Source: an uncultured Porphyromonas sp. (lineage in GTDB: Bacteria > Bacteroidota > Bacteroidia > Bacteroidales > Porphyromonadaceae). From it: 64,000 nucleotides of DNA. This document shows positions 31,001 to 39,394 of the stretch, piece after piece (positions within the stretch are counted from its first letter, which is position 1; every line of letters begins with the position of its first letter). Where the stretch lies: positions 4,190 through 68,189 of the forward strand of contig NZ_CAJPPN010000005.1 in the NCBI RefSeq assembly GCF_905372525.1, given 5' to 3'. The notes below the pieces were generated by a model. That model did no database searches and was not told where the DNA came from. It was given only the letters and a program-made list of their open reading frames with translations. A program made the position numbers and the translations under genes.

Positions 31001-31620
31001 TCTTTTTAGATGCTGGGAGTAGTGCCCTTTGGGGAGCTGCCGGAGGGGCTATTTCTGGGGCTATTAGTGGTGGTATTCGGGGGTATAAACTGGCTGAGAA
31101 AATGGGCGCAAATCGTTGGACAGGGGCGAAGTATATGAACATGGAACATTATGGGTCATTGCCTAAAACAGGTATACCCGCGCAGCCAAACTCCGAAAAG
31201 TATTGCTATGCCTATGCTTCTGAGTATGCGGACAAAGGTCACTTTAATCGGAGTGCCGAAGACTTCTTGAAATTGTCAGGATATAGAGAGGGAGCAGATT
31301 TTGATTTTTATGATCGTGCATTTGATTCTGACAATGTAAGAGTGGTACATTTTAAAGTGGAGGATCTTAAGAATGACACGTGGAGACAGGTGGGAGGCCA
31401 GCTACGTAAGGGAGTCGAAATGATTGGAACCGTTAACATTAATGGGACAGGTCATGCCGTTAACATCGTATCTGTAGATGTTGGCCAGAAATTAAACCTG
31501 ATAAGAGGAGGACATCATAATTACCTGAAGATTACAATTTGGGATCCTCTAAAAGGGACGACAAGATCCCTACCATCGGATTATGTTTTCTCATATATTA
31601 GTAAAATCATGTTTAAATGA
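25087..31620 (+). CDS. Rhs polymorphic toxin: signal peptide, SpvB-like domain, FG-GAP/VCBS repeats, YD repeats, Rhs core, variable C-terminus
   Basis: YSIPI...LSLVYNSQ..DG..GYGWSL (SpvB), DVDGDG/DLNGDG/DMNHDG repeats, GLGFCGF, many YDxxGR repeats, core RGFTGHE...MNARLYDP..GRFLSPDP...NRYSYCLNNPLRYTDQSG. Confidence 0.93.
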   Translation: MSSYTLRLLLLVGGLSCSCASSLWGQNKNALDSTVQVQSNGDTLITYSASVYDYGKLKTATSLKGAKKSSDVRALGMEGGQEGGYPRTSPTRYVGETLAPSVWAPPIPYTSGPTATGGLSYSIPITLGPLVQLAPTLSLVYNSQAGDGVAGYGWSLAGLSSILPTNKTVHFDGGAGSPTWSPSPLSWEAISLDGVRFVPNVDHVLQGDYPMITEQGNVLGRVRENGYEVRYPNGTVGIYELSTSTPRRYGAPLSRLTDHLGNSVTFAYDRVAGIDYIQKIILHRIDGGRGGEQAERVEFFYEDRKAFTEGYAYGEPVAQKKLLKRIIVYSGGEELMTYELQHEWKQGRYYVRQIGCSSHGNKLNPIRLRYQYDKEQGEESTLTAGASVRLAGSFDIDREDQIIQRGRLMRGEGNDGLIIYPKASTYGVVSTKYSGGEKGHQYGSLYAPDQKILVTPSLSSYPGVIKLLAGKGFQELRAVDVDGDGVDELVKVNLAGVIREEKYSPRRTPIVPLATQIEITVYYINQNWGRTISEGRRFIVTVSGGVSNPFFTSPTSPYYYWGSFLGDGRIQLLVASPYENVYGQYQRGSYALVDLEQGKVLPSGWHFFDPTSSIHTLDVDGDGRTDLCEVRNGKMTCYSVEPSSRQFQHLSDWGRDGQDQFPSSPSLHWCDLNGDGLMDAFVPVEESYWQWEDNPDPDNAEYERGWFVFHDEGSNWHFYINTGRGFKSYKQSLFPLGADSAKEGDRGGPYEIFAIDMNHDGLSDLVYIDNQGISVYFNEHGEISSTRSAFLPTGFIQPIPLSLVTRDQTAQLLCVKSDGFCIPYILGSNQLRRGLLTNFIDSRGIEQCNQYANLREISRINHGTSYKETFITEPQITEGLCRILPSWYLLQGQRTYLPDETGTIIADKLYYYTNLMVSRLGLGFCGFEQTRVEDLQMLTEQVTRYAPTLRGVPISVTTGLLGLSESRPAEEAHMEYAQGEYPPRGKRWGYHLSAVHTKNHLMGTSQEKTLTYDPYQYVTKEQLVSSLLDGSSTRTQAAYNTYRHSLSPSLYLLGTQSQTRTELTIGTQPRTVTTVTMEHDALLRPISSTTTQDNGTGAGVRLKRSVWSYDDRGHLISEKSAPYEVSQLLGDTYTYDGEGHVVAKTDALGLIVKSSDFDQRGNARVKIDVLGNRTQTEYDIWGNAVRVQGPDGSIRTTSYEQDSHGQYTEITRSTGAPTTHTLYDALGRVLKQGSELFDGSMLWTDTNYDQQGNVYQVSLPYRGATATSWNEYSYDEYGRKTYYVEASGKETTWHYERNQTTETKEGVSKTQTYNEVGQLSSVKDAGGTIYYDYNKHGLIARIRVSDGGWTTFEYDDYGRQTRLDDPSAGLRETEYNYASDGTYTKRYVTPNGSITTTTDPYGRLLRIDRDKAFSTSYTYDTYGRPIEERSTNGSFKSYTYDALGRIATQEEGVAPSKILKRTYGYDRDGRVASLTYRTPESEEFTELYSYAHGHHMMTRLQSPLRPTIDTIWRLRAVNNMGIPTEASTGGQLRTYSYSPQGVLTGRAMGDVQRETYEFDPRTGNLSRRSWVVRDTVRTQSFGYDLLNRLNNWDRGSNCTYASNGNLIRTGDELSGGCNFLYEDGEHPYRLTEVNSFEGSCFDPVELPQDPMPQPVPFSGSPLVRIADLLPTNLKTEVEQTLTYTSFDRPESITQGSYRAVWDYNGALDRIRMRLTRGDTLQREVYYWGNQYEEEHRPQSGEQTARLYLEGDAYSAPAVLVKEREGWHLYYIARDYLGSITDIVASDGTRRAHYHYSPWGRVEEGQEEPLFLGRGFTGHEHLPEFDLIQMNARLYDPYTGRFLSPDPYVQLPDFSQSFNRYSYCLNNPLRYTDQSGKVFWLIPVAIGAIIGGTMNAIAHRQQISGFGGFLAYFGVGALVGGLSGFTGGALAASSLALGAFTGAAIGAASGALTGAVSGIALNGLNNLIAGRGFFLDAGSSALWGAAGGAISGAISGGIRGYKLAEKMGANRWTGAKYMNMEHYGSLPKTGIPAQPNSEKYCYAYASEYADKGHFNRSAEDFLKLSGYREGADFDFYDRAFDSDNVRVVHFKVEDLKNDTWRQVGGQLRKGVEMIGTVNINGTGHAVNIVSVDVGQKLNLIRGGHHNYLKITIWDPLKGTTRSLPSDYVFSYISKIMFK

Positions 31621-32297
31621 GACGGCTCGTTGCTTTTCTATTGAGTCTTTTCCTCTTAGCTTCGTGCGGGACGAAGAGACGTCCGAGGAGCTTTCGCCCC
31701 CCTAGGGAGCGAGCTCGGATAGAGATAGGCGCCTTTGCTCAAGAGCTCCAGCAGTCGCTCCGCAGGCAAAGGTCTGCTCTGCTTCGGGAAGTACCAGGGC
31801 TTGGTGCTGGGGCGCACCGTGTGATCTTCGTTCCCACCCTTCGCTTCAAGGAAGAGATAAGCAAATATGAGTACTACACGAAGCTGAGACGCCAGCCATA
31901 CTTCCACACCTGGGAGGAATTCTTTGCGCTGCTGGATACGAGGAGCTTCAAAAGGGTTGCCGTGTTTGTAGAACAGGAGGATGAGCGCTGGTATACCTGC
32001 GACCTTGCCAACCCTAGAAGGAGACTTATACCGATAGACTCTGTAGAGAGATGCTTCCTGGAGGAGCTATTGGGTCGGGGAGAGCCACTGGCCTTTAGGA
32101 GCATACAGGAGGGCTATCGTTGTTATTTCATTCGTGCGGGGCAGCTAGAGGTCTATAGATCGCCTAGGGATAGAATGGTGCCCCCCTCAGAGGTGCTCCC
32201 CGAGGTCGTCCAAATTTACTCAAAGCTTGCACCTGTCCATCTCCGTGGGCGGAGCTATAAGCAGATGCAGTGGCTGGGGAAACGGCTACTTAGGTAG
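31617..32297 (+). CDS. Lipoprotein, candidate cognate immunity protein (family I)
   Basis: ATGA overlap with the toxin stop; lipobox LLASC; no recognised domain. Confidence 0.7.
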   Translation: MRRLVAFLLSLFLLASCGTKRRPRSFRPPRERARIEIGAFAQELQQSLRRQRSALLREVPGLGAGAHRVIFVPTLRFKEEISKYEYYTKLRRQPYFHTWEEFFALLDTRSFKRVAVFVEQEDERWYTCDLANPRRRLIPIDSVERCFLEELLGRGEPLAFRSIQEGYRCYFIRAGQLEVYRSPRDRMVPPSEVLPEVVQIYSKLAPVHLRGRSYKQMQWLGKRLLR

Positions 32298-32378
32298 GCG
32301 GAAAAGAATAAAGTAAAAACATGAGCATAGCCCTCGTGACTAGTGAGGGCTAGACTCGAGAATGAAAGAGTGATCAAA

Positions 32379-33053
32379 ATGGTCTTGCGTAAGCTTATCT
32401 GGATACTCTGTGGGGTCATGCTCCTCTGTGGTGCGAACTCGTGCTACATCCCTCGGGACCAAAAGGAGATCAAGCCCTATCTCTCCCTAGAGCAGTTCTT
32501 GAGTCAGATGGAGACGAATCTGGCTGTTCACCGAGATGAATATCTAGCGGTGCAGTGGATCTCTGCTGATAGCTTCCTTCGGGTCGTAGTTGTGCCACAG
32601 ATAGGATTAAGACGGAGTGTACGACGACTGCCTTACTCAGTCTTAGATACGCTGTCTCTTGGCTCTGTCTGGAGCCTTCTAGATCCTAACTTTGTGATTG
32701 GGGGTAAGGCTTACCTACTGGATGTAGATTCTACATGGTACCAGTGTTTTCTTGGAGGGAGGATAGAAGAACTCCCGCACTCCATAATGCCAGATGATCC
32801 TATGATACCTCTTCTGTCCTCGTCGGTGTCTCTTACGGTATTTTACTTGGGGAATCCAGATCTTGGCCTTCTCGTATATTACGACCAAGAGACCAAGGAG
32901 CTCCGTGTGTATCGTACTTGCGACCCTTATGGAGAGGTTCCTATCGACTCCCTGCTAGAGGAATATTACTTCAAGAGTCTGCGCCAAGGATCATATTCTA
33001 GGGACGTAGATATACGTAACCAAAAAATGGGCCCTCCAGTCTATATAGAGTAA
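32379..33053 (+). CDS. Probable lipoprotein, distant paralog of 31617 (family I)
   Basis: Hydrophobic signal ending GANSC from the in-frame ATG at 32379; shares RV..VP, RR.PY, LLD, WY.C and L.VYR blocks with 31617. Confidence 0.65.
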   Translation: MVLRKLIWILCGVMLLCGANSCYIPRDQKEIKPYLSLEQFLSQMETNLAVHRDEYLAVQWISADSFLRVVVVPQIGLRRSVRRLPYSVLDTLSLGSVWSLLDPNFVIGGKAYLLDVDSTWYQCFLGGRIEELPHSIMPDDPMIPLLSSSVSLTVFYLGNPDLGLLVYYDQETKELRVYRTCDPYGEVPIDSLLEEYYFKSLRQGSYSRDVDIRNQKMGPPVYIE

Positions 33054-33224
33054 GCAGTGGTGTAGGGAAGCCTTCCTACCTCTCTACCCCACACGATGAG
33101 GACTAGACACCCAATGAAGCCTCTAGAGGGGATAAGACGAGACCTATGTTATTTAGGCTACACTCCCTAGTAGGCACAGTACGGGTAAGTCATGTGTACC
33201 AACACTTCATCATTAAGTAGCACT

Positions 33225-34187
33225 ATGAAACTAAGATTATTCTTGATCACCTTGCTCTTCTGTGGGAGTATGTAGGCTCAGCGTGTCGCCGTTAAGCTCT
33301 CACTAGAGTGGAGGGATAGAGCAAAGGCTTGGCCTGACCGAGGATGGTGGCAACGTACCCTATTGCATGATCTATCCCCAAAATTAGATACCCTGAGTAG
33401 GATCCCCTTCCTGAGGATCGAGTACCACAACAAGGGGAACAAGAACTGCTACGTCCCAACCATTGCGACCTCTTATGGTAGCTTTGCTCCAGTAGGAGGT
33501 TTTAATGGGACAATCTGCTCAGAGAGTGACTATGGGCTAAGTAAGGCGCATGATCCTCTGCTGGAAGCACAGTTCCTGCTGGATACTACCCGCTATCTTG
33601 TGGAGGGTGAAGTCTACAATGATGCCCCAAGATACTATACCCTGGTCCCATTCTTCTTCTCCAGTAGGTGGGATCCCGAATATGGCAAGATGCATATGCC
33701 TTCGATCGAGTGGACAATCGATGAGCGCGAAGAGCTAATCCCCCCACGAGAGGTCTATGAGGGGGAGGGGGTTGGCTCAGCTATGGGCTATGCACGGCTC
33801 CAATGGTATCTCTATGTATCCAGCATCAGTGACTCCCTTGTAGCTGACTATTCCAATCGGCTACGTGCGGAGGAGATGATAGCTCGTTACCTACGATCAA
33901 TCATCTACCAGTATGACTTCCCAGATCATGCCGTCCTACTACCAGCACATGGGGTGAGGGTCGAGTATCTAAATCTCCTGGCATTCTCTCTAGCTGGTAT
34001 TTCCTTTCGGGTATTCATCCCCTCGGATATCTTCCACAAGGATCTATTTCATGGGCGAGGAGTGATTACCGACTCTGTTGGGAAGAGATATGTCCCCTAT
34101 ACCGAGATGATCAAGTCTGTGACCCTCCAGATTGACTTCAGCGAGTCCTCTATGGGTAAGAAGTCACTGTACAATAGCCGAAGGTGA
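33225..34187 (+). pseudogene. Family II secreted protein interrupted by an in-frame TAG in its signal peptide
   Basis: ATG at 33225 reads MKLRLFLITLLFCGSM*AQRVAVKLSLEWR and continues in frame into ORF 33363-34187; TAG at 33273-33275; motifs shared with 34972 and 35890. Confidence 0.75.
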
Positions 34188-34491
34188 GAGCAGGGGAAGT
34201 GTGTAAAGTGTGACGATATAGGGGAGCTGTGGCATCCCTGCCAAATCGCTTGTATGAACGATAGATATAATGTTATGATGTCCGTCACGTAGACGTATTT
34301 GCTATTGGAGATCTTGTGTGATTCTCGGAGGATGTAGAACAAGCTATATCAATCAGAGGGCAAGGAGTTTTCGTAGCCATAAAGATCGAAGCCCTAGCAC
34401 AGGCGCACAAATCTCTCCCTTGGGGGGATGTCGCTATCCCTCTACTATTGTTCCTCCTTTTAGTTTTCCTCATTTAGACAAACAATAGATT

Positions 34492-34947
34492 ATGAATAAG
34501 AGAATAACGTTACTCGCAGTTGCCCTTCTGCTACTGACAGGGTGTGACTTCATACCGAAGATTGTGGCACGTAGAGTAGTATACACGGTTCAAGAGATTA
34601 ATGCAACTCCTGATACGATGTATTATAGCTCCTATTTCCGTCGAATGGGTGATCCCTTCATCGTTGCGCCGAGTATTTTTGTCCCAATTCTCCCCGGAGA
34701 TTCAAGTCAACAATCTGTTCTTGATCGTAGTGAACTGTATAGCCATCCAGAGCGCTATCGATATTATATCTGGTTTGCCTCTCGGGAGACCTACTGGAAG
34801 AATGAAAGTTTGCCGCCAGCCAACTATGGTAAGCCTTCCCTATATGATACGGTGCTGTCGTACACGATAGCAGAGCTCAAGGCGATGAACTACCGGGTGG
34901 TCTACCGGGGTAAGCCAGTCACCCCCAGAGGTGAGCAAAGCTTGTAG
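34492..34947 (+). CDS. Hypothetical lipoprotein
   Basis: MNKR + hydrophobic stretch + lipobox LLTGC. Confidence 0.7.
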   Translation: MNKRITLLAVALLLLTGCDFIPKIVARRVVYTVQEINATPDTMYYSSYFRRMGDPFIVAPSIFVPILPGDSSQQSVLDRSELYSHPERYRYYIWFASRETYWKNESLPPANYGKPSLYDTVLSYTIAELKAMNYRVVYRGKPVTPRGEQSL

Positions 34948-34971
34948 CGAGGGGGCGAAGACTATTGTCTC

Positions 34972-35874
34972 ATGGATTGTAACAAGGTACATACAATGAA
35001 TATGGAGCTGGGAGTAGTAAAGGTCTATATGCTCCTCGGATTCCTCTTCTTGACCACGCTCAGCGCCGAGGCCCAGATCGCTATAAGTCTGCGGGTCAGC
35101 TGGCGCGCAGAGGTGAACCCGCTAGACACAGCGAAGCGACCGATCAACGTGCCCTACCTACATGTGGTGTATCGCAACGATAGTAACACAGACTACTATC
35201 TGGTACGTAGGGATAGGTGTAGATGGATCTTCCCTTACATTGATTTTTTCGAAGATTTACTTCAGTATCCAGAAAACTATGACTATGAAAATCATAATGA
35301 GGTAAGGGCGATGCAGTTCAAGGTTTACCCAGAGCAGGAACGGGTGCACAAGAGCCATCAAGTCATCCTAGGGTGTAGCGGGTGGGAGATAGACCAAGAG
35401 TCCTCCACCTCATCCCATAGGAGCCGCTCTAGTGATCCACAGGTAGACTGGAGTGAGAGTGTGGAGTACCTGCAGTATATCCTATACTGCCTCAGGGCTC
35501 CAGCACGAAGAGACCCTCACGCTCTGAAGGTGTATAGCCCGCAAGATAACCTTCATTCCGTAGCCAAGAAGCCCTACAAGACTGACGGGATACTGCGCCT
35601 GCTGGAGGGGCGCCTAGCCTTCCTCCCGGCTCGGAGTGAGCGGGAGTATATCTACAGCCTGCTGGCCTTTCGGATGATGCGAGGGCGCTTCCACTTTGTC
35701 ATTCCGAACTGGGTGGCGAAGGATACGACTATCGCTAATGAGGCTCTAGGAATGGAGGGAGATCCGAATCCACTCTATAATGGGGAGTCCCAACTGCCTC
35801 TTCCCAAGCTCTATGAGGGCTACCAGCTCTATCTAGGTCGGGTGAAGGGATGCTCCCTCTGGATCGAGATGTAA
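34972..35874 (+). CDS. Secreted hypothetical protein (family II); start codon uncertain
   Basis: Signal peptide ending AEA|Q; clear paralog of 35890 (VPYLHVVY.N, WIFP, WSE...YLQ, RLAF.PA...REY.YSLLAF, YEGYQLY.G.V.G). Confidence 0.75.
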   Translation: MDCNKVHTMNMELGVVKVYMLLGFLFLTTLSAEAQIAISLRVSWRAEVNPLDTAKRPINVPYLHVVYRNDSNTDYYLVRRDRCRWIFPYIDFFEDLLQYPENYDYENHNEVRAMQFKVYPEQERVHKSHQVILGCSGWEIDQESSTSSHRSRSSDPQVDWSESVEYLQYILYCLRAPARRDPHALKVYSPQDNLHSVAKKPYKTDGILRLLEGRLAFLPARSEREYIYSLLAFRMMRGRFHFVIPNWVAKDTTIANEALGMEGDPNPLYNGESQLPLPKLYEGYQLYLGRVKGCSLWIEM

Positions 35875-35889
35875 TAAAATGAGGAGAAG

Positions 35890-36810
35890 ATGAACACCAT
35901 TATGCTACTGCTAAGGAGGCTCGTCCTCATCATCCTACTACTGCCATCAATGTGTACAGTCTATGCCGAGGATAGGATCTCGGTACACTTCGAGGTGCGC
36001 TGGCATCGGGAGCATAATCCGATGGATACGCTGAGGCGGGAGCTTGATGTACCCTATCTGCATGTAGTGTATCAGAACCATACGGATACAGCCTACTATC
36101 TGGTGCGTCAGGATCAGAGCAACTGGATTTTCCCCCGACTGCGCTATTACACCGTGATCGAGGATGGCTCACGTCCAGAGAAATATAATCTGACATACTA
36201 CGTGCCACGCTGGGCCACCTACCCCCTAAAGGGAGCAGGGCGCAGTGTACGTGAGAGACGGCACTACACCCATCATGTGCTCCTACGGGATCAGGCTTGG
36301 GAAGTGGAGCTAGAGCCCTCCATCGTGGATGGACAACCTAAGCCTCGTATCGCCTATGGTGAAGGGATGGACAACTGGAGTGAGTGCGCCTATTACCTTC
36401 AGGGATATTTGTACTACCTCATGACCCCACAACTGGATCATGATTGGTATCAAGTCACGTATCTCTCCGAGCATATGGAACATTCGGTGGGGATGGAAAT
36501 GGTGGGAACGGAGGGCACACTGAAGCCCTTCGTCCATCGTCTAGCCTTTGTCCCTGCTCACTGTAGGCGGGAGTACGTGTATAGCCTACTAGCCTTTGCT
36601 GTGATCCATGGGCGCTGGCAGTTCCTCCTGCCCGACTGGGAGGCTAGTGGTCGCCTTCGAGATGAGTGTATCCCACTGAACGTCTACCAGCTCCGAGGCA
36701 AAGGCTCTACTGCATCCGCCCCATCGGGCTATCCACTCCCTGAGCACTACGAGGGCTACCAGCTCTATCGGGGATGGGTACGTGGCGACTCCATCTCGAT
36801 AAAGATGTAG
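35890..36810 (+). CDS. Secreted hypothetical protein (family II)
   Basis: Signal peptide ending VYA|E; tandem paralog of 34972. Confidence 0.75.
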   Translation: MNTIMLLLRRLVLIILLLPSMCTVYAEDRISVHFEVRWHREHNPMDTLRRELDVPYLHVVYQNHTDTAYYLVRQDQSNWIFPRLRYYTVIEDGSRPEKYNLTYYVPRWATYPLKGAGRSVRERRHYTHHVLLRDQAWEVELEPSIVDGQPKPRIAYGEGMDNWSECAYYLQGYLYYLMTPQLDHDWYQVTYLSEHMEHSVGMEMVGTEGTLKPFVHRLAFVPAHCRREYVYSLLAFAVIHGRWQFLLPDWEASGRLRDECIPLNVYQLRGKGSTASAPSGYPLPEHYEGYQLYRGWVRGDSISIKM

Positions 36811-37051
36811 TGAAGTGGCGGGGGAAGTGATAGGATATGACCTCACGTATCTAGGGGGTGTCTGTAGGAAGCCCGGAGAGAGGTCTACTTCCGCTAAGTC
36901 TTTTTGTCCCCAGTGTTCTACTTATGGGAGGAATGTATCAGTAGCGGAGGAACACTGAAAACTTTGTATTTTTGTGGTACAAACATTATTACTACAAAGG
37001 GCGAAGTGACAGCTCAAAGGAGCCTCGTCCATCCAAGGAGAAGAAAAAGAT

Positions 37052-38815
37052 ATGTATCGTACTACTACCTGTGGCGCACTGCGCCTCAGCAACGTCGGGG
37101 AGCAGGTGACGCTCGCTGGTTGGGTTCAGAAGGCACGTCGTATGGGGGGGATGACCTTCATCGACCTAAGAGATAGATATGGGATCACACAGCTTGTCTT
37201 CAATGAGGCTGTTGTCGGGGAGGCACTTGTCGCCGAGGCCGAGAAGCTCGGACGTGAGTATGTGATCCAGATCGTGGGCACAGTCTCCGAGCGTGAGAAC
37301 AAGAACCCAAAGCTCCCTACGGGCGATATTGAGATCGCCGTTAGCTCCCTTCGTATCCTCAACCCTTCGGAGGTGCCTCCCTTCACGATCGAGGATGATA
37401 CCGATGGCGGGGATGACCTCAGGATGAAGTACCGATACCTAGACCTACGCCGTAGCTGTGTGAGGTCCAACCTCGAGCTACGTCACCGCTTTGCCCTAGC
37501 AGTACGTCGCTACCTCGATGCCGAAGGCTTCCTAGAGGTAGAGACCCCTGTACTCATCAAGTCCACCCCCGAGGGTGCTCGTGACTTCGTCGTCCCCTCG
37601 CGTATGAACTCCAACCAGTTCTACGCCCTACCACAGTCCCCTCAGACCTTCAAGCAGCTCCTCATGGTCAGTGGCTTCGACCGCTACTTCCAGATCGTGA
37701 AGTGCTTCCGTGATGAAGACCTACGTGCTGACCGCCAGCCTGAGTTCACACAGATCGACTGTGAGATGAGCTTCGTGGAGCAGGAGGATGTGCTCTCTAT
37801 CTTTGAGGGCATGACACAGTACCTATTCAAGGAACTACTCGATCTGGATATTCCCGTACCCTTCCCTCGTATGAGCTGGCATGATGCGATGAAGCGCTAC
37901 GGCTCTGATAAGCCCGATACACGCTTCGGCATGGAGTTCGTGGAAGTGAAGAATGTATTGCAGGGGCATGGCTTCTCGGTCTTCGATAACGCTGCCTATA
38001 TCGGGGCGATCGTTGCACCAGGTGCTGCTAGCTATACCCGCAAGCAGCTGGATGCGCTCACGGACTTCGTGAAGCGTCCTCAGGTCGGGGCCTCGGGTAT
38101 GGTCTATGCTCGTGTAGAGGCTGATGGTACGGTCAAGAGCAGTGTCGATAAGTTCTACACGCAGGAGACGCTCCAGAGCCTAGCCACAGAGACTGGTGCC
38201 AAGGCTGGTGACCTCATCCTCATCCTCTCGGGTGGTGATGCGATGAAGGTACGTAAGCAGCTCTCGGAGCTCCGACTAGAGATGGGCTCACAGCTAGGGC
38301 TGCGAGACAAGAAGAAGTTCTCCTGCCTCTGGGTGGTAGACTTCCCGCTCTTCGAGTGGGACGAGGAGACACAACGCTTCTACGCAATGCATCATCCCTT
38401 CACTTCGCCCAAGCCCGAGGATATTCCCCTACTGGATAGCGATCCAGGTGCAGTACGTGCCAATGCGTATGATATGGTCATCAACGGCGTAGAGGTCGGT
38501 GGTGGATCGATCCGTATCCACGACAGCAAGCTCCAGGCACGTATGTTTGACCTCCTTGGCTTCACGCCAGAGAAGGCTCAGGAGCAGTTCGGCTTCCTAA
38601 TGAATGCCTTCAAGTATGGTGCCCCTCCCCACGGGGGCTTGGCTTATGGTCTCGACCGCTTCGTCTCGCTCTTTGCTGGGCTAGATAGCATCCGAGACTG
38701 TATCGCCTTCCCCAAGAACAATGCCGGGCGTGACGTGATGATCGATGCCCCCTCGCTTATTGACCAGGAGCAGCTCGATGAGCTCCATCTGCGTCTCACC
38801 CCTGCTACGAAGTAA
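37052..38815 (+). CDS. aspS: Aspartate--tRNA ligase
   Basis: [50 protein letters not shown]...GLDR. Confidence 0.98.
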   Translation: MYRTTTCGALRLSNVGEQVTLAGWVQKARRMGGMTFIDLRDRYGITQLVFNEAVVGEALVAEAEKLGREYVIQIVGTVSERENKNPKLPTGDIEIAVSSLRILNPSEVPPFTIEDDTDGGDDLRMKYRYLDLRRSCVRSNLELRHRFALAVRRYLDAEGFLEVETPVLIKSTPEGARDFVVPSRMNSNQFYALPQSPQTFKQLLMVSGFDRYFQIVKCFRDEDLRADRQPEFTQIDCEMSFVEQEDVLSIFEGMTQYLFKELLDLDIPVPFPRMSWHDAMKRYGSDKPDTRFGMEFVEVKNVLQGHGFSVFDNAAYIGAIVAPGAASYTRKQLDALTDFVKRPQVGASGMVYARVEADGTVKSSVDKFYTQETLQSLATETGAKAGDLILILSGGDAMKVRKQLSELRLEMGSQLGLRDKKKFSCLWVVDFPLFEWDEETQRFYAMHHPFTSPKPEDIPLLDSDPGAVRANAYDMVINGVEVGGGSIRIHDSKLQARMFDLLGFTPEKAQEQFGFLMNAFKYGAPPHGGLAYGLDRFVSLFAGLDSIRDCIAFPKNNAGRDVMIDAPSLIDQEQLDELHLRLTPATK

Positions 38816-38845
38816 TTACCCACCCCTTAGTATACCGATTGCCGA

Positions 38846-39394
38846 ATGATCTATCGTCTATTGATGCTCTCCGATGAGAATGACTACTTCAAGCGAGAGC
38901 TACAGATCGACTCCGAAGCCACGTTCCTCGAGCTGAATGATTTCATCCTCGATGCGGTAGGCTATGCCCATGATGAGCTGACTACCTTCCACATCTGCGA
39001 CGAGGCCTGGCAGAAGGAGCAGGAGGTCACGATGATGGACATGGGGATGAGCTCCGAGTACGACAGCTACCTGATGGAGAGTACCCCACTAGAGGAGCTC
39101 CTTGATCACAAGGGGCAGCATCTCTTCTTCGTCTTCGATATGCTCTCCGAGCGAGGCTTCTTCATTGAGCTCGTAGAGATGATCCCGGGGAAGAGCTTGG
39201 ACAAGCCCATCATCACGCATGCTGAGGGCAAGGCTCCTCAGCAACTCGCCTCCATAGATGTGGCCGCCTCTCGCTCTGTCGCTCCAGCCTCGGGCGAGGT
39301 GTGGGATGAGGATGGCCTAGAGGAGGACTCCATCGATGAGGGTGAGATCGACCTCGAGGGCTTCGATATCGCCGATGCAGAGAGCCTCTACTAG
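38846..39394 (+). CDS. Conserved Bacteroidales protein, pRiA4b ORF-3 / TnpR-passenger-like domain
   Basis: FKRELQID..TF..L...IL, F.FD...ER.FFIEL pattern and acidic tail. Confidence 0.6.
   Translation: MIYRLLMLSDENDYFKRELQIDSEATFLELNDFILDAVGYAHDELTTFHICDEAWQKEQEVTMMDMGMSSEYDSYLMESTPLEELLDHKGQHLFFVFDMLSERGFFIELVEMIPGKSLDKPIITHAEGKAPQQLASIDVAASRSVAPASGEVWDEDGLEEDSIDEGEIDLEGFDIADAESLY

Noticed and set aside
25087..31620. T6SS effector or complete Tc (ABC) toxin
   Set aside because: Protein has a Sec signal peptide and no PAAR domain; no VgrG, Hcp or TcA gene in the window, though they could lie elsewhere in the genome
33273..33275. Stop-codon reassignment or pyrrolysine read-through
   Set aside because: TAG terminates many conserved genes in the window and no pyl genes are present
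38846..39394. Mobile element, suggested by the TnpR-passenger-like family name
   Set aside because: No transposase or terminal repeats; gene is tightly packed between aspS and miaA like a core gene
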